Source of the DNA: Octopus vulgaris
Taxonomy: Eukaryota
Assembly: GCA_951406725.2 (NCBI GenBank)
Contig: OX597815.1
Span: 101,122,001-101,186,000 of the forward strand
Reading direction: 5' to 3'
DNA length: 64,000 nucleotides
In this document: positions 24,951-39,639 of the stretch, piece by piece
Layout: each line of letters starts with the position of its first letter
Position numbering within the stretch: the stretch's first letter is position 1
Program-made: the position numbers and the translations under genes
The notes under the pieces: generated by a model
Databases searched by the model: none
Seen by the model: the letters and a program-made list of their open reading frames with translations, nothing else
Told to the model about the DNA's origin: nothing

Positions 24951-26613
24951 CTAAACTAAAGACTAGAAGTGTGAAAATATGAACAAGATGTGCGTTAAAC
25001 TCTAAAATGAAACGAGGAAGGATTTTTCTAGCAGTTGTTTGAAAAGAATGTGAACGATAATCATCGTGTAACGCTGTTTTGTCTTTATGTGCATATTGAT
25101 GAACAGTAGTTGCATCCTTATATTGATAGAGGACTGTATCACAATTCCAGAATACATATAAAAGTTTAACATGCTTTTCAACAATTTATATGGACCAAGT
25201 ATGTAAATCTCCGAAGGTAATCCATCTTAACTGGTACCTTACCATAGAACAACTGCTTAATGGCTTTTTAACCTCATCAACATCTAAATTTTGTGGAACA
25301 GGTCACTGAGGCATTGAATGTTTTAAATACTATTTTGTAATTTATATGCGATAAAAATAGGCCAACCAAAACACTCATTTCTACAGTATATGATTCCACA
25401 CAACATCAAATAGTACGGTGGAGTTTTTCTCAATCCATGAATTTCCGTTGTGCAGAATATTTTTCTGGTGTGTAAAATGATACATATAATCATACTTGGA
25501 AATATGGGTATTAGCATTGGGAACTACTTCTATGAAGTGCTTCTTTGAAATCGACGGGTAGTTGTTGTTGACGTTGAATTGGGCAAATGAAAGGCTTTTT
25601 TTGATCTGAGCTTTTTGATGACTGCGTCTGTATCTTTCCATAATGTTAGCCAATGTCACATTTTAACCGTATGTCACTTTTTAACCGTATGCATGTTGTT
25701 CAAAATTGCGTTATTGACATTACCCAGGCAGGGTCTTTCTGGGTTAAAAAGTATTGTAGACGTGTTAGTTCTGATGTTGATCTTGTGATCTTTGTATGTA
25801 TTTGTTGGTGTGTTAGAACTAACAGATCAACTCTATCTTCTATATTCAAACTGATGGCTATCATGGTTGCCTCGGTGTTAATTTCCCTCAGTGTGATTCA
25901 AGTTGCATTCTTGTACATGCGTTCACTATGAAGTTTGGGGTGTGTGGCTGAATGTATTTCGTACATGTTCTTTTGTCTGAAGTTATTTTGATTTTTAGTT
26001 CTCTCTGAAATTTGTTCAATTTGTTGATGTGTGTAAAGTTCATGACCAAACTGTAAAAATGTCTTAACAAATTTTGTAAGTTGTTAATTGACAGAAAAGC
26101 ATTTGGTAAGTCAGGATTTGTATTTGGGTGAAGAGCTATGTATGGTTCACATTCACACGTACACACACAAAAAAACCATTCCCGCACAAAACAGAAACAA
26201 ATCAAACACTTAAAATTCTTCATACCAAATCAAAAAATAAAGTAAAAAGTCCTCTATCAGATACAAAACGAAGTATGCAAAAAATGAGTCAGCATACTTT
26301 GTGTTAGAAGAAAAAAAATAAGAAGGAAAACGTAAACGTCACACACAATTACTGAATGCTATATAATGTTTCCTAATATTATATTAGTCCGAGGATTCCC
26401 AACTGGAATGAAAGCACTGGTCACTGTAAGGCAACGAATTGTTCAATTACCTTATTAACAGATACACATACATGCATACACATATACATATACTCACGCA
26501 CACACACACATACATACATACATTCACACACACACACACACACACAAACATATATATATATATTCCCTGCGTGGTAGATAAAAGTTATCGAAAAGTAGAG
26601 AGAGTTGAGAAGC

Positions 26614-26617
<4 letters not shown>

Positions 26618-26698
<81 letters not shown>

Positions 26699-26707
26699 AA
26701 GAGAGAG
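26618..26707. repeat. (GA)n microsatellite
   Basis: Directly visible. Confidence 0.95.
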
Positions 26708-27122
26708 GTGAGTGCGGGGGAGGAGACGCCCAAAAGGAAACTGACAAATGTCAATATCATTGTGAAAATGCCAATGCACTGCTTACCTTTATGTTAATTA
26801 CTTTCTCTGAATTGGTGTGGTTGCTGACGGATATTGACTGGTAATATATTCCTTCCACTTATTTGTCATTCTAAGGAAAGAAAGGCCCATGGGAATGTCT
26901 ACGACTATAGGTAATTCTGAACTAAATTAGATGATATACCTTCTTACCAAAAGAAATCTCATGTTTAACTCTCGTTATATAATTGCTGTTTTAGATTTTG
27001 AGCACCCACGGAGTAATGTTTTTGCCTCCTTCGCTAAGGAGGTATGATAAGACAGAAACATTGCCATTGCTTTTTTTTTTGCCACTTAAATATATAAAGA
27101 TGAACCATTACAATCTGCATTG

Positions 27123-28399
27123 TACGAAGGTGGGCTGAAAAGATCATAGGCTGACTATGAAGAAATGATGCTGCAGCGGTGAAATTTTAAATACATTTAT
27201 TTCAACTCTTCTTATTGATAACTTCTTTGTTTCTTTCTAGGTAAACTGATATCTGACTATTCAAAGAAAACTTTAAAAGTAACTAGTAACGACTTCTCTT
27301 GGAAATGAACAAAATTTGGCATCGTTGAGTTATCAAGTACCTGCAGGTAAAGTATTTATTCCACAAGGGCATTCATGTTGACATGGTTGCTACATTAGGG
27401 AATAACGCTCAACATTGCAAAAGGGGCAGTTGAATCTAGGAGGGGAACAGAGAGTCTTGAAGATGGCCTAAGGTGTGGATGTCCTGAAACTGTCACAACC
27501 GAGGAAAACATTAATCATGTTCACCACATGGTGATGGATGACAGGCGATTAACTATAAATCAGATAGCCAATGCCATTAGCATATCTCGTGCGTGAGAGA
27601 GTTGAGAATATTTTGCTCTATGGTCTTGGCATAACGAAAGTTTGTGCTCGGTGGGTGCCATGTCTGCTGATACCTGATCAAAAGTACAACAGGCTGATCC
27701 TATCACGGGAAAATCTGATATTGTTTGAGGAGGATCCAACTGGTTTCCTTAAACGTTTCCTAACCCGGGATGAGTGTTGGCTTCATCACTTTGAGCTAGA
27801 GACAAAGAGACGATCCATGCAGTGGAAACACCCCTCCTCACCTGCTTCAAAGAAAGCCAAGTTCGTTTCATTTGCAGGGAAGGTGATGGCTTCAACATTT
27901 TGGGGATGCTAAAAGGCTTTGTGTTTATTGACTATCTTCAAAAAGACCGCTGCGTCAAAAGAGAGTACTATGCCAACTTACTGAGGCAGTTATGAAAAGC
28001 TATCAATATTGAGGAAAACCGACGAAAGTGGTCTTGTTTCATCAGAACAATGCTCCAGCACAATGCTCCTTGCTTTCAATGGCTGCTGGGTCTGACTGTG
28101 GATTTGATCAGCCTCCCTATTCTCCTGATTTGGCCCTATCTGACTATCATCTGTTCCCCCAACATGAAAAAACAGTTGGCTGGGAACAAGTATCGCAGTG
28201 ATGATGACGTCATATCTGCTGTTGACTTTTTGTTACCAACAGGATAAAAGCTTCTTCCCGAATGAAATCCAAGCACTGCAACACCGATAAAAGAAGTATG
28301 TGGACCGCATGGAGAACTGTGTTGAAAAATAAACCTTATTTGGTTACATTCCACGAGAGTATCTTAACCAGTCTACGAACTGCTCTGCCGACGCTCATA
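27123..28399 (+). mobile_element. mariner DNA transposon, full-length but decayed
   Basis: TA-bounded imperfect ~35 bp TIRs (tacgaaggtgggctgaaaagatcataggctga / tatgagcgtcggcagagcagttcgtagactgg); motifs ARWVPCLL, TRDECW, HQNNA, PYSPDLALSDYHLFP. Confidence 0.9.
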
Positions 28400-29228
28400 T
28401 ATCATAAATAAATTTCAGTGAAGGGACTTTAATAAAGTTATCTTCCTTGACTGTAATTACAAGTTTTAATGACAGTCAAGGAAGATAACTTTATTAAAGT
28501 CCCTTCACTGAAATTTATTTATGATATATGAGCGTCGGCAGAGCAGTTCGTAGACTGGTTAAGATACTCTCGTGGAATGTAACCAAATAAGGTTTATTTT
28601 TCAACACAGTTCTCCATGCGGTCCACATACTTCTTTTATCGGTGTTGCAGTGCTTGGATTTCATTCGGGAAGAAGCTTTTATCCTGTTGGTAACAAAAGT
28701 CAACAGCAGATATGACGTCATCATCACTGCGATACTTGTTCCCAGCCAACTGTTTTTTCATGTTGGGGGAACAGATGATAGTCAGATAGGGCCAAATCAG
28801 GAGAATAGGGAGGCTGATCAAATCCACAGTCAGACCCAGCAGCCATTGAAAGCAAGGAGCATTGTGCTGGAGCATTGTTCTGATGAAACAAGACCACTTT
28901 CGTCGGTTTTCCTCAATATTGATAGCTTTTCATAACTGCCTCAGTAAGTTGGCATAGTACTCTCTTTTGACGCAGCGGTCTTTTTGAAGATAGTCAATAA
29001 ACACAAAGCCTTTAGCATCCCCAAAATGTTGAAGCCATCACCTTCCTGCAAATGAAACGAACTTGGCTTTCTTTGAAGCAGGTGAGGAGGGGTGTTTCCA
29101 CTGCATGGATCGTCTCTTTGTCTCTAGCTCAAAGTGATGAAGCCAACACTCATCCCGGGTTAGGAAACGTTTAAGGAAACCAGTTGGATCCGCCTCAAAC
29201 AATATCAGATTTTCCGTGATAAGATCAG
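27694..29228. repeat. ~770 bp-arm inverted duplication (palindrome) centred at 28463
   Basis: 28464-29228 is the reverse complement of 27694-28462 apart from a few substitutions and four 1-nt homopolymer deletions; effectively no spacer. Confidence 0.95.
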
Positions 29229-29434
29229 AAAGTTTGCTCTTTGTAGTTGCTAGAATAACGTCAGGTGAGCAAAATTTTTCAACTCAGTGTATTGCATATG
29301 TGACACTCTTCCGTACATGTATGTTGTATATAGAATTCTTACCTGAGATATTTTCTCTGAGCTATATTGATGTGATTCATAATTAACGTTATTGCACGCT
29401 ATTAATTCTTTCTCTGTCTGTATGTCCCTATTCT

Positions 29435-29474
<40 letters not shown>

Positions 29475-29779
29475 TTATGTGTATACACACACACACGCAC
29501 ACACACACACGCACACACACACATATTGATGGCTTGGTGAATGTATAAATGTATGCGTGTGTACATATTGATCACTGTCGGCCTTATCAACAGAATAGAA
29601 TATGCTTTGTTGAGGAGGTTTACTAAAACTGAAACATGTCTGTTGCTTTCACTAAATAGTTTTAAAATTTCGATCAACTGATCTATAGATCTTTCAGTAG
29701 ATTTAAGTACCACTAAAGGGATTCTTGTCTACTAATTACACGGATAATTTCAGTTGGTCTAAGATATTCTTCAGTAACT

Positions 29780-31100
29780 ATTTCAGCGATTATTCAGAAA
29801 TGATTTCATATGCATGCTAATATATAACCAGAGAACCATTTTAAGTGAAATTATTTGGCAAAAACCTGTGTAGATGTTCATCGAAGTGACCTGTTGTTTC
29901 TTTTTGGTGAGAGGTAGTGTTAATCCATCGCCCACTATAAAATAACCACTTGTTTCTTGGCTGCTTTTAACGGAATTCACTCTGCTGAATTCAGGCCAGA
30001 TTTCCGGTGGCCGGAGGAGAAGTTTTTTGATTCCTCCACTCAGCCAAAGACTTTCTGAAAAGAGCTATAGGTGTCACACTTTCTGGTCTTAACTGTCTGA
30101 GCTTAAATTCCGCTGGGGTCGACTTTGCTATGACAGTGATCTCAGAGGGACAGGTTCAAACAGTTTGAATATTTTATTTACGAGATTTTGGCATGCAATT
30201 GGTCGGTAGTTTTTTTCGCCATATGTGTGATATTATTTTTGGCTATCTGTTTTACCAGCTTCATATGTTTGGTTTCCATTGAGAGTTTTCTGATAACGGA
30301 TAATAAGATAACGTCGATAAAAGGATAGATTTTGCACCAGCTTCCCGCAATCAAACCATTTCCTGGAGTTTTCTAATGCAAAAATTTTTAAACCAGTCCC
30401 AAAGGTTTAACCACTGATGTTGTATGATTTTAGCTTAATGCAGAAACAATTATTGGTTAGGATATTTTGGAGCCATTCGTTACTTTGATTAAACTTTGTT
30501 GCCTCACTCCAGATTTTTCTCCTGAATGAATCTGTATCTGCCAGATAATTTATTGATTGTATCCTCATATCTCTATAAATTACTGATTGGTTTCGATTAA
30601 CTTCTTGTTGATTATTTTTCTTTTCATTTACTCTCTTCTGATGCCGGAGATATTCGCTGACATCTTTTAGCTCCTGTTTGAGGAGGATATTTAATTTGTA
30701 CTACAGTTTATTTTTTTACTATCTCCAAACAATGTTTATTTTTTGTCATTCACTCTTTATTGGTCGTGAGTGCAGTTATTTGTCTGCTTGCATGAGATAA
30801 AAATTGTCATGTAGCAGCTACTTCTCCGTTGGTTAGTGATATTATCCCTCCATTTTTCAAACACACGATAACAACTTTTTGTTGTTTTGTCTTTTTATAA
30901 TTCTTCAGTTTTTGCCTTTCTTTAATTTCTCTCACCCAGCTTGCAATTAAGTTTACCAATGTAGGTATGAGTACTAATGCGGTAAATATATTATGGGCCA
31001 CCGATTTATTACTGCATGTAGAATGTTCTAAGGATTATATTTAATTCATACACGTATAGGATTCCTTGATTACACATTTCTTGTTAGAAGTGCCATCATT
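29780..31100 (-). mobile_element. Very decayed R4-clade RT remnant
   Basis: Minus strand KNYRPIACQNLVNKIF at ~30165-30225 and a GD-L motif at ~29920-29945. Confidence 0.5.
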
Positions 31101-31181
31101 ACATCAAGTGTATCTATTCAAGTGCTATCAAGTGTATCTATTCCTAGATACCTGTAACATTCCTCGTTCGGATATCGTCTG

Positions 31182-31212
<31 letters not shown>

Positions 31213-31431
31213 TGTATGTATGTATGTATGTATGTATGTATTGTCAAAAAGCATGCAAGTCTTTGGCAGGCCTCAAAAGCCATATTCGTGCAACTCATCG
31301 ATGATATTCTAGGCATAAAGAAGTCAGGCGATGGCTCTACTCGAAATCGAGTTGGCAACCTTCATGTATGTATGTATGTATGTATGTATGTATGTATGTA
31401 TGTATGTATGTATGTATGTATGTATGTATGC

Positions 31432-32060
31432 ATAGGGTGTTCGAGCTAAATGTAACAGTTTGCATAACAGAAAAGGAAAACAATATCCCATCCAAAAATA
31501 AAAGTATTAAAAACAGTAAAAAAGATATCAACTAAATTATGGCTGCGAGAAACAGTTTACTCAAAGTATTCGCCTTCAGCTTTCACCATGGTCTCAAGAC
31601 AGCTGCGGAACCTGGTGCATGTATTCCTCATTCTGTCCCTGAGGAGATCTTCGAATACCTCCTTGATTTTAATTACCAGCTCGATCATGGTGCTGCAAGC
31701 AGAGCTGTTGGTGTTCTTCTCAACTGCAACGCAAACACAGTAATCCATGGGATTACGATCGGAGCAATTAGGCGTCCAGATATTGGGCTGCCTTTTTTAT
31801 ATGACCCTCCAGCAGCAACCCTCTTCAGTCAGGGTTTTACCATAGTCACCATCTGCTGCACATAGTCATCTGAATTGAACCTATAGCCCTGTTCAAAGAT
31901 GTGATTTTCATGATGTTCATGTCACGTCTTACAACCTGTACAGTGGCCACAGAACATTGAGCAACAGTCATCATGTCGGTATTTCGATACCTGGCGTGAA
32001 TCGCCATGATACAGGCAACGTTTGGCTCTACCCTCATCACAAACCTCACTATCTATGCAA
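31432..32060 (-). mobile_element. Tc1/mariner-superfamily (maT/DD37D-like) remnant
   Basis: PDRNPMDYCV..VE...NTCTRFRSCLETMVKAEGEYFE* C-terminus; end catagggtg..gctaaatgtaacagtt; related copy at 56213-57090. Confidence 0.7.
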
Positions 32061-32364
32061 AATATTAATTTCTAGATTAAGAGCAAGATCATGAATTTAG
32101 AGGAGAATGTAGCCGATTAAATCGATCCTTGTACTTAACTGGTACAATTTTATCGTCATCAGAAAAATGAAAAGCAAAGTTAATTTCGCCTGGATTTGTT
32201 CTCAGATCGTGAAGGTCTGTAACTAAATAGCGTCCACGAAGACGATGGCGGCGGGATTACAACCGAGAATCTAAAATTACGTGACACGGCAAGACGGCAT
32301 TGCGTTTTTCGTTGTTTTGCAAACGACTATCTTTTCCATGCATGTAGGTAAATGTAAGTATGTG

Positions 32365-32780
32365 CACATACATACATACATGCATACATACATACATACA
32401 TACATACATACATACATACATACATACATACATACATGCATACATACATACATGCATGCATACATACATACATACATACATACATACATACATACATACA
32501 TACATGCATGCATACATACATACATACATACATACATGCATGCATACATACATACATACATACATACATGCATGCATACATACATACATACATACATACA
32601 TACATAAATACATACATACATAAATACATACATACATACATAAATACATACATACATACATATATACATACATACATACATACATAAATAAATACATACA
32701 TACATACATACATACATGCATGCATACATACATACATACATACATACATACATACATACATACATACATACATACATACA
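32365..32780. repeat. (TACA)n tetranucleotide array, ~415 bp
   Basis: Directly visible. Confidence 0.95.
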
Positions 32781-33642
32781 GATAGAAAAAGTGGTCAAAG
32801 AAAGGAGATAATGGGCAATGTTATCCTAAATGGCCTGTATCTGAATAAAAGACTGGATGACCTGGAACCCACCTTCGAGCCTGGAACGCCCTTCAACCTA
32901 CTGGATCGGGATTGATCTAAGAACAAATAACAGCAGTATATATAATACCGAGCTGAAGGAACGCAGGGATTCTAGGGAGTTTCTTCACCTGCTAGAAATA
33001 GCAATTAATTTTCCCTTACGTTAGACCCTACACATTGGGTAATATAGTCCGAGATAAAGATTTAAAAAAAAAAAAAGGGATTTGGTCATGACTGGAATAT
33101 CTCAGAGCATAAGTGTGATGGATGAGAGATGACCTACAGCAAAAAAAAAAAAAAAGAAAAAAAAAAGAAAGAAAACATTTAGAACAATTGTTTCTGATGC
33201 AAATTACAAATCCAGAAAACTGGCAGAAGGGGATATACAATTAAATCAACCTACTACTTGATTTAATAAATATTGGAAGGATGAAAGGCAAGGATGACTC
33301 CAACTGGGTTTGAACTCAGAACGTAAAGAAAAACACGCAAGGTATTTTCTCGATATTCTAACTACTGTGCCAACCAATCACTTTTAATTTCTAGCTAAGG
33401 TACAAGGTCATATAGTTTTGTGAGGAGGAAGTTATTTGAGTGATACTATTCTATTGACCCCAGAAGGATGAAAGGTAAAGTTGATTACAACGGGATTTGA
33501 ACTCTGAACTCAAAGAGCAGGAATAATTACTGCAAGGCATTTTCCCCAAATGCTCTGCTAGTTTGCCACTCTACCAACAAGTGTAATAATTAATCATAAC
33601 ATTGACCCAGAACACAAGTGTATATTTGCTTGTTTGTTTGTT

Positions 33643-33702
<60 letters not shown>

Positions 33703-34820
33703 TGTGTGTCTGTGTATGTGTGTGCGTGTGCGTGTGCAAGGGAGGAAGAACATAATGAATGACCTCAGTAAAGTGCAAGTGTTTGTTTTATGAATTAGAA
33801 ATTTGAGAACTTAACCGACCACGACGGGATTTTGAAGTGGAAATTAAAAAGGATGCAAATTTTATAGAATTATTGTTTTTGGCCCCAGGTCAATCCTGGT
33901 CGAGTATATCCATGTTGAAAGACATTCCAATTATAACCATCTCAGCTTTGTAGATGTATGTATAATTGCATTATCTTATGCGTCTTGTCCTCCCTCTCGC
34001 TTACTTCCCTCGCTTTCATCCTCCCAGACATGATGGTTCCGAGATTAGCACCTTGTCTATCCTTAGTGATGTTGAGGCGACAGATTCTTGAAACTTCAGC
34101 TGTCTTCTCAAGTCGACCTTCAGCATACTGTTTGCACTGTTGATAGCAGGTCCAGGGAGTTGATCCTTACAACATGCTTCATACTCAAACTATGACAAAA
34201 CCGATAGTCCTCTTCGTTAGGTGGAGAGGCCTACAATGGGTAATTTAGCGGATAGTGTCCATCATGCTCCATTATGGCCTGATCATGGGACCAGCAGTTG
34301 CTCGCTGGTTCCATAACAGCTACAGTGGATGTGCTCCATGGTCCCTCGAATGCAAAGGTCAGCTGGTGACTTCACCGTTCTCCAGAAGAACGAGTTATAT
34401 GAACTCAGTAGAGCGTTCTAAGATACCTGAAGCAGGAATTTGATCCACCGGGCTTCTCTTTCCAAAGTTCAGCTCATGCGACTGTCCGTGCTATCCCTTG
34501 GTTCCATATGAATCAAGATCCTTGGTGAGACATTCCTGCTCATTCACCCCTACCCAATCGACGCTATATATCCACAAATATGGGATATACACAGGTGATG
34601 TAATTAAAGACATTCCAGTCACAACAATCCCATCTTTTTCTTGTACCACGGAATACATTTTCCAATGTATGCTTATTTCGAGATGGTAAAGTGTATTCGA
34701 GGGTTTTTTGACTGTCATTTTTAGATAACATATTATATTGCCAGTTTTATGTGTGCGCGTGCGTGTGCATATATGTATATATACATATATGTATATATAT
34801 GTATATATATACATACATAC

Positions 34821-34875
<55 letters not shown>

Positions 34876-34921
34876 CACACACGTATATATTCTTTCTCGA
34901 ATATATGTACATGTATATGTA

Positions 34922-35016
<95 letters not shown>

Positions 35017-35247
35017 ACACACATACATATATATATATAAATATATATAAAAATATATATACATAGATATATTCAAGAAAGAGAGAGAGAGAGGAGGGAA
35101 GGAGAGATGTACATATATTTATATATATATATAGATATTTAGATAAATATACATTATAAACATGTATATATGTGTGTGTGTGTATGTATGTATGTATGTA
35201 TGTATGTATGTATGTGAGTGTATACACAGACACACACAAACACACAA

Positions 35248-35279
<32 letters not shown>

Positions 35280-35286
35280 ATATCTC

Positions 35287-35326
<40 letters not shown>

Positions 35327-35364
35327 AATATATATGTGTGTGTGGGGTGGAGGGTGGGTGGGGT

Positions 35365-35675
35365 GGAGGCGCAATGGCCAAGTGGTTATGGCAGCAGACT
35401 CGTGATCGTAGGATCGCGGTTTCGATTCCCAGACCGGGCGTTGTGAGTGTTTATTGAGCGAAAACACCTAAAACCCTACGAGGCTCCGGCAGGGGGTGGT
35501 GGCGATCCCTGCTGTACTCTTTCACCACAACTTTCTCTGACTGTTTCTTCTGTTGGCCTGCTCGCTTAGCCGGCGGGGTGGCGTCATTTGAAGTCTAAAA
35601 CAATGCGAAGCGCATTGTGACCAGCGATGTGTAGCAACATCTGATAGCCTGGACGGTCACGGTGATTACGGTGAT
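35365..35675 (+). mobile_element. SINE family D1 (tRNA-derived head)
   Basis: ggaggcgcaaTGGCCAAGTGG A-box, GGTTTCGATTCC B-box, body shared with 40450-40645, tail ..ggtcacggtgata. Confidence 0.85.
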
Positions 35676-35761
35676 ATATATACATATTTGTGTGTGTGTG
35701 TGTGTGTGTGTGTGAAGAGACAAAGACATGTATGAATATATATGTATGTGTATGTGTGTAT

Positions 35762-35802
<41 letters not shown>

Positions 35803-36673
35803 AATCTGTGTGTGTATGTATACACACTCACACATATCATCCTTGTTGCTTATTTTGATTATATATATATATATATATATAGCATATATATGCATATACA
35901 TATGATGATATGTGTGTGTGTATACATATGTATGTATATATACTATAGTCATAAAAAAAGTCGATTAAAAGAAAAATATATTCAAATGATAGTAAACTCT
36001 GGAAACGCCTTACATTCGATATTAAACTGATGACAACAACATCCCTGCGTTAAAGTAATGAATTTAGCAGAAGGTGGGAGCGAACCCACGCTTACTTGTA
36101 TTACGGGGCGTGTGTCACATGGTCCAATCTACGGTTAGCGCCTACAGTTTATCTGCAAGACAATTTAATTACCCATCCTAGCAACTATTAGCTTCAGCTT
36201 AGGGCTGGTGTCGCTTGGATCTGAGAGGTAAGCCACTATTTCTCGTCTGCTCTTAATGTTTTCTTCTGCTAGTGTACTTTTTCTCATTATGCTTTGTATG
36301 CTATAATAATGAACGATGTTCACGTTGTTGTTACTGTTGTTTTTCTTGTTTTTGATTTAACTGGTGTTCACAAAGGAACACAGAGCTAATTATGATCTAA
36401 GTCGCTCCAACCGCAACTATCCTGTCTTTTTTTTTTCTTCACACATAGAGTATAATCTATATCTATACTATATAGTAAGTTCTATCTTTTGTGAGGAAGT
36501 ATTGGCTGTTACATCTGGCAAATCAATCGCCAATGAAGCGGTTTTACACTTATCCCACTTATGTGTCTATGTGTGTGTGTGTGCATGTGTGTGTGTTCAT
36601 GTGTGTGTTTAGTGTACTGGTAAAATTAAGGTTAGTATCGGATTGTTATTTTCCAATAAGTTTGTCTGATGCG

Positions 36674-36763
<90 letters not shown>

Positions 36764-36953
36764 GTCTGTCTATCTGTCTGTCTGTCTGTCTGTCTGTCTG
36801 TATGTATGTATGTATGTCTGTCTGTCTGACAGTATGTATTTTTGACTATGTGAGTACGTGTGTATTCTTACGGGCTCTCTTTAGATGTTATGCCATTCCT
36901 TATACATACACACGCACACATACAGATGTGAGTATCTGTGTCGATGGGTTGGT

Positions 36954-37028
<75 letters not shown>

Positions 37029-37332
37029 ACATAAAAAAATATATATGTATGTATACATAATATTATGCATGTATGTATGTGTGTGTGTGCAAAAAGTTAA
37101 CAGTGATTTGGACTGCCCACAACTTCGAAGTCACTGTCAAACAATTTCGTTGTAAAAATAAATGACAACAGAACTCCACTGAAAAGAAGTGAGCAATCCT
37201 TCAATTCAGTGTTTAATTGTCCATTTTTAAAATATAACTTTACATAAGCATTATTACACACATATGTTTACACATACCATGTATATATAACATAATATAT
37301 AATACAGTATAATATAATAAAATATAACGTAA

Positions 37333-37395
<63 letters not shown>

Positions 37396-37592
37396 TACTA
37401 TAGTAGAAGAAATAGCTAAGATTTTTTGGCTGCTATTTCTAAAAGTTCGGTGTGTGGTAAAGTAAATTATTTTACTGAACCCTAATTATATAACGTAATG
37501 TTTTGAATATACCGTAAATGGTCTTTTTACATACTGAACACTACTTGGTAAAATTATTAATTAATAATTAATTAATTTTACCCTTTTATTAT

Positions 37593-37643
<51 letters not shown>

Positions 37644-38034
37644 TGGTAAGTAGCTTGCTAACCAACCACATGGTTCCGGGTTCAGTCCAACTGCGTGGCA
37701 CCTTGGGCAAGTGTCTTCTACTATAGCCTCGGGCCGACCAAAGCCTTGTGAGTGGATTTGGTAGACGGAAACTGAAAGAAGCCCGTCGTATATATGTATA
37801 TATGTGTATGTGTGTGTTTGTGTGTCTGTCTTTGTCCCCCTAGCATTGCTTGACAACCGATGCTGGTGTGCTTATGTCCCCGTTACTTAGCGGTTCGGCA
37901 AAAGAGACCGATAGAATAAGTACTGGGCTTACAAAAAGAATAAGTCCCGGGGTCGAGTTGCTCGATTAAAGGCGGTGCTCCAGCATGGCCGCAGTCAAAT
38001 GACTGAGACAAGTAAAAGAGTAAAAGAGTAAAGA

Positions 38035-38036
<2 letters not shown>
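37644..38036 (+). mobile_element. SINE family A, near full-length
   Basis: Matches 60890-61298; (GTAAAAGA)n tail. Confidence 0.9.
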
Positions 38037-38090
<54 letters not shown>

Positions 38091-38381
38091 TTATGCGTGT
38101 GTGTGTTTTCGACCCCAGAACTTACTTCTTTTCTGAAGCCTGGTACTCATTCTGTCAATCTTTTGTCGATCCGTTAAGTTACGGGGAAAATAACTGATAT
38201 AATATCTGTATGTATATGTTTTTCTTAAAATGAAATGAAGCATGGAATACACAACCCGCGCCGGTTGTTAGCTCACAGGACGCTATCATTAAAGTTCCAT
38301 GATTTTTGAAAGTTGCCAACACTACTCCTTCATGTCTTGGTCCCTTGTGGCCCATAAAAAAAAAAATCATTATTGTTATTA

Positions 38382-38418
<37 letters not shown>

Positions 38419-38419
38419 C

Positions 38420-38620
38420 CCCATCCGTTAGCATACCGAACAAAATGCTTAGCGGTATTTCGTCCGTCTTTACATTCTGAGTTCAAATTCCTCCGAGGTC
38501 GACTTTACCTTCCACCCTTTAGGGGTCCATTAAATAAGTAGCAGTTGAGCACTGGCATCCGTGTAATCGATTTAGCCCCTTCCCTCAAACATTTTAGGTC
38601 TTGTGTCTGTAGTAGAAAGG

Positions 38621-38661
<41 letters not shown>
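38420..38661 (+). mobile_element. SINE family C inside a (TTA)n tract
   Basis: gttagc..aaatgcttagcggtatttcgtcc..GAGTTCAAATTCC B-box...gtagaaaggatt(ATT)n. Confidence 0.8.
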
Positions 38662-38663
<2 letters not shown>

Positions 38664-38774
38664 GAGGTAGAATTTATATATATTTAGCACGAATTGATGA
38701 TTTGGTTAGTTTCATGCCACGTGCGTTTGCTCGGGCACTATCTGAGTACGTGTGAGTGTGTGTGTCCTGTGTGT

Positions 38775-38819
<45 letters not shown>

Positions 38820-39245
38820 AGTATGCTTATATATCTATTTAGATTCGCATACACACATTTATATTCAACAAAAGTCAGACAATGCTCAGTATGTGTGTGT
38901 GCGTGTGTGTGTGTGCGTGTGTATGTGTGTGTGTATGAATGTGTGTGATGAGTGTGTATGAAGAGAGAATATATGTAGTATATATGTATACGTGCACTCA
39001 CTCATGCAGACAGGCCACACACACACACACACACCTATACACATGCACTCACAAGCATATACACATTTGTCAATGTGCTCAAATTACATTTTTGTGTGCT
39101 TAGACTGCTCAGAGAAAAAATCATTTATATACATACATTCACGTTCACACACACACACACACATAATTATATTATGTATATATTATACTGTATTAAATAT
39201 ATAATGCGCCTACATGTATATATATATATATATATACACACATGT

Positions 39246-39590
39246 AGACGCAAGCATGGCTGTGTGGTAAGAAGCTTCTTTCCCAACCACATGGTTCCGA
39301 GTTCAGTCCCACTGCATGGCACCTTTGGGCAAGTGTATTCTACTCGGGTCAACCAAAGTCTTGTTTCGTGGACGGAAACTGAAAGAAGCCTGTCGTATAT
39401 GTATATATATATATGTGCGTGTGTGTGTTTGCCCTTCCCCATCACCGCTTGACCACTGGTATTGGCGTGTTTACGTAACTTAACGGTTCGGCAAAGAGAC
39501 CGATAGAATAAGTAGCTGGGGTTGATTTGTTCGACTAAAAATCCTTCAAGACGGTACTCCAGCATGGCCGCAGTCAAATGACTGAAATAA
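39246..39590 (+). mobile_element. SINE family A, diverged
   Basis: Head, internal TA/TG tract and tail as in 60890-61298. Confidence 0.8.
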
Positions 39591-39639
39591 ATAAATAAAC
39601 AAATAAATGTATTTGTGTATGTATACGAAATATAAAAAT

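Noticed and set aside
24980-25940. Non-repetitive minus-strand ORFs (92 aa and others)
   Set aside because: No recognisable motif or convincing splice pair; probably a decayed transposon, but I cannot assign it.
26560-26713. Possible non-coding first exon ending in AG|GTGAGT at 26707/26708
   Set aside because: A single consensus donor after a GA repeat, with no partner exon or promoter evidence.
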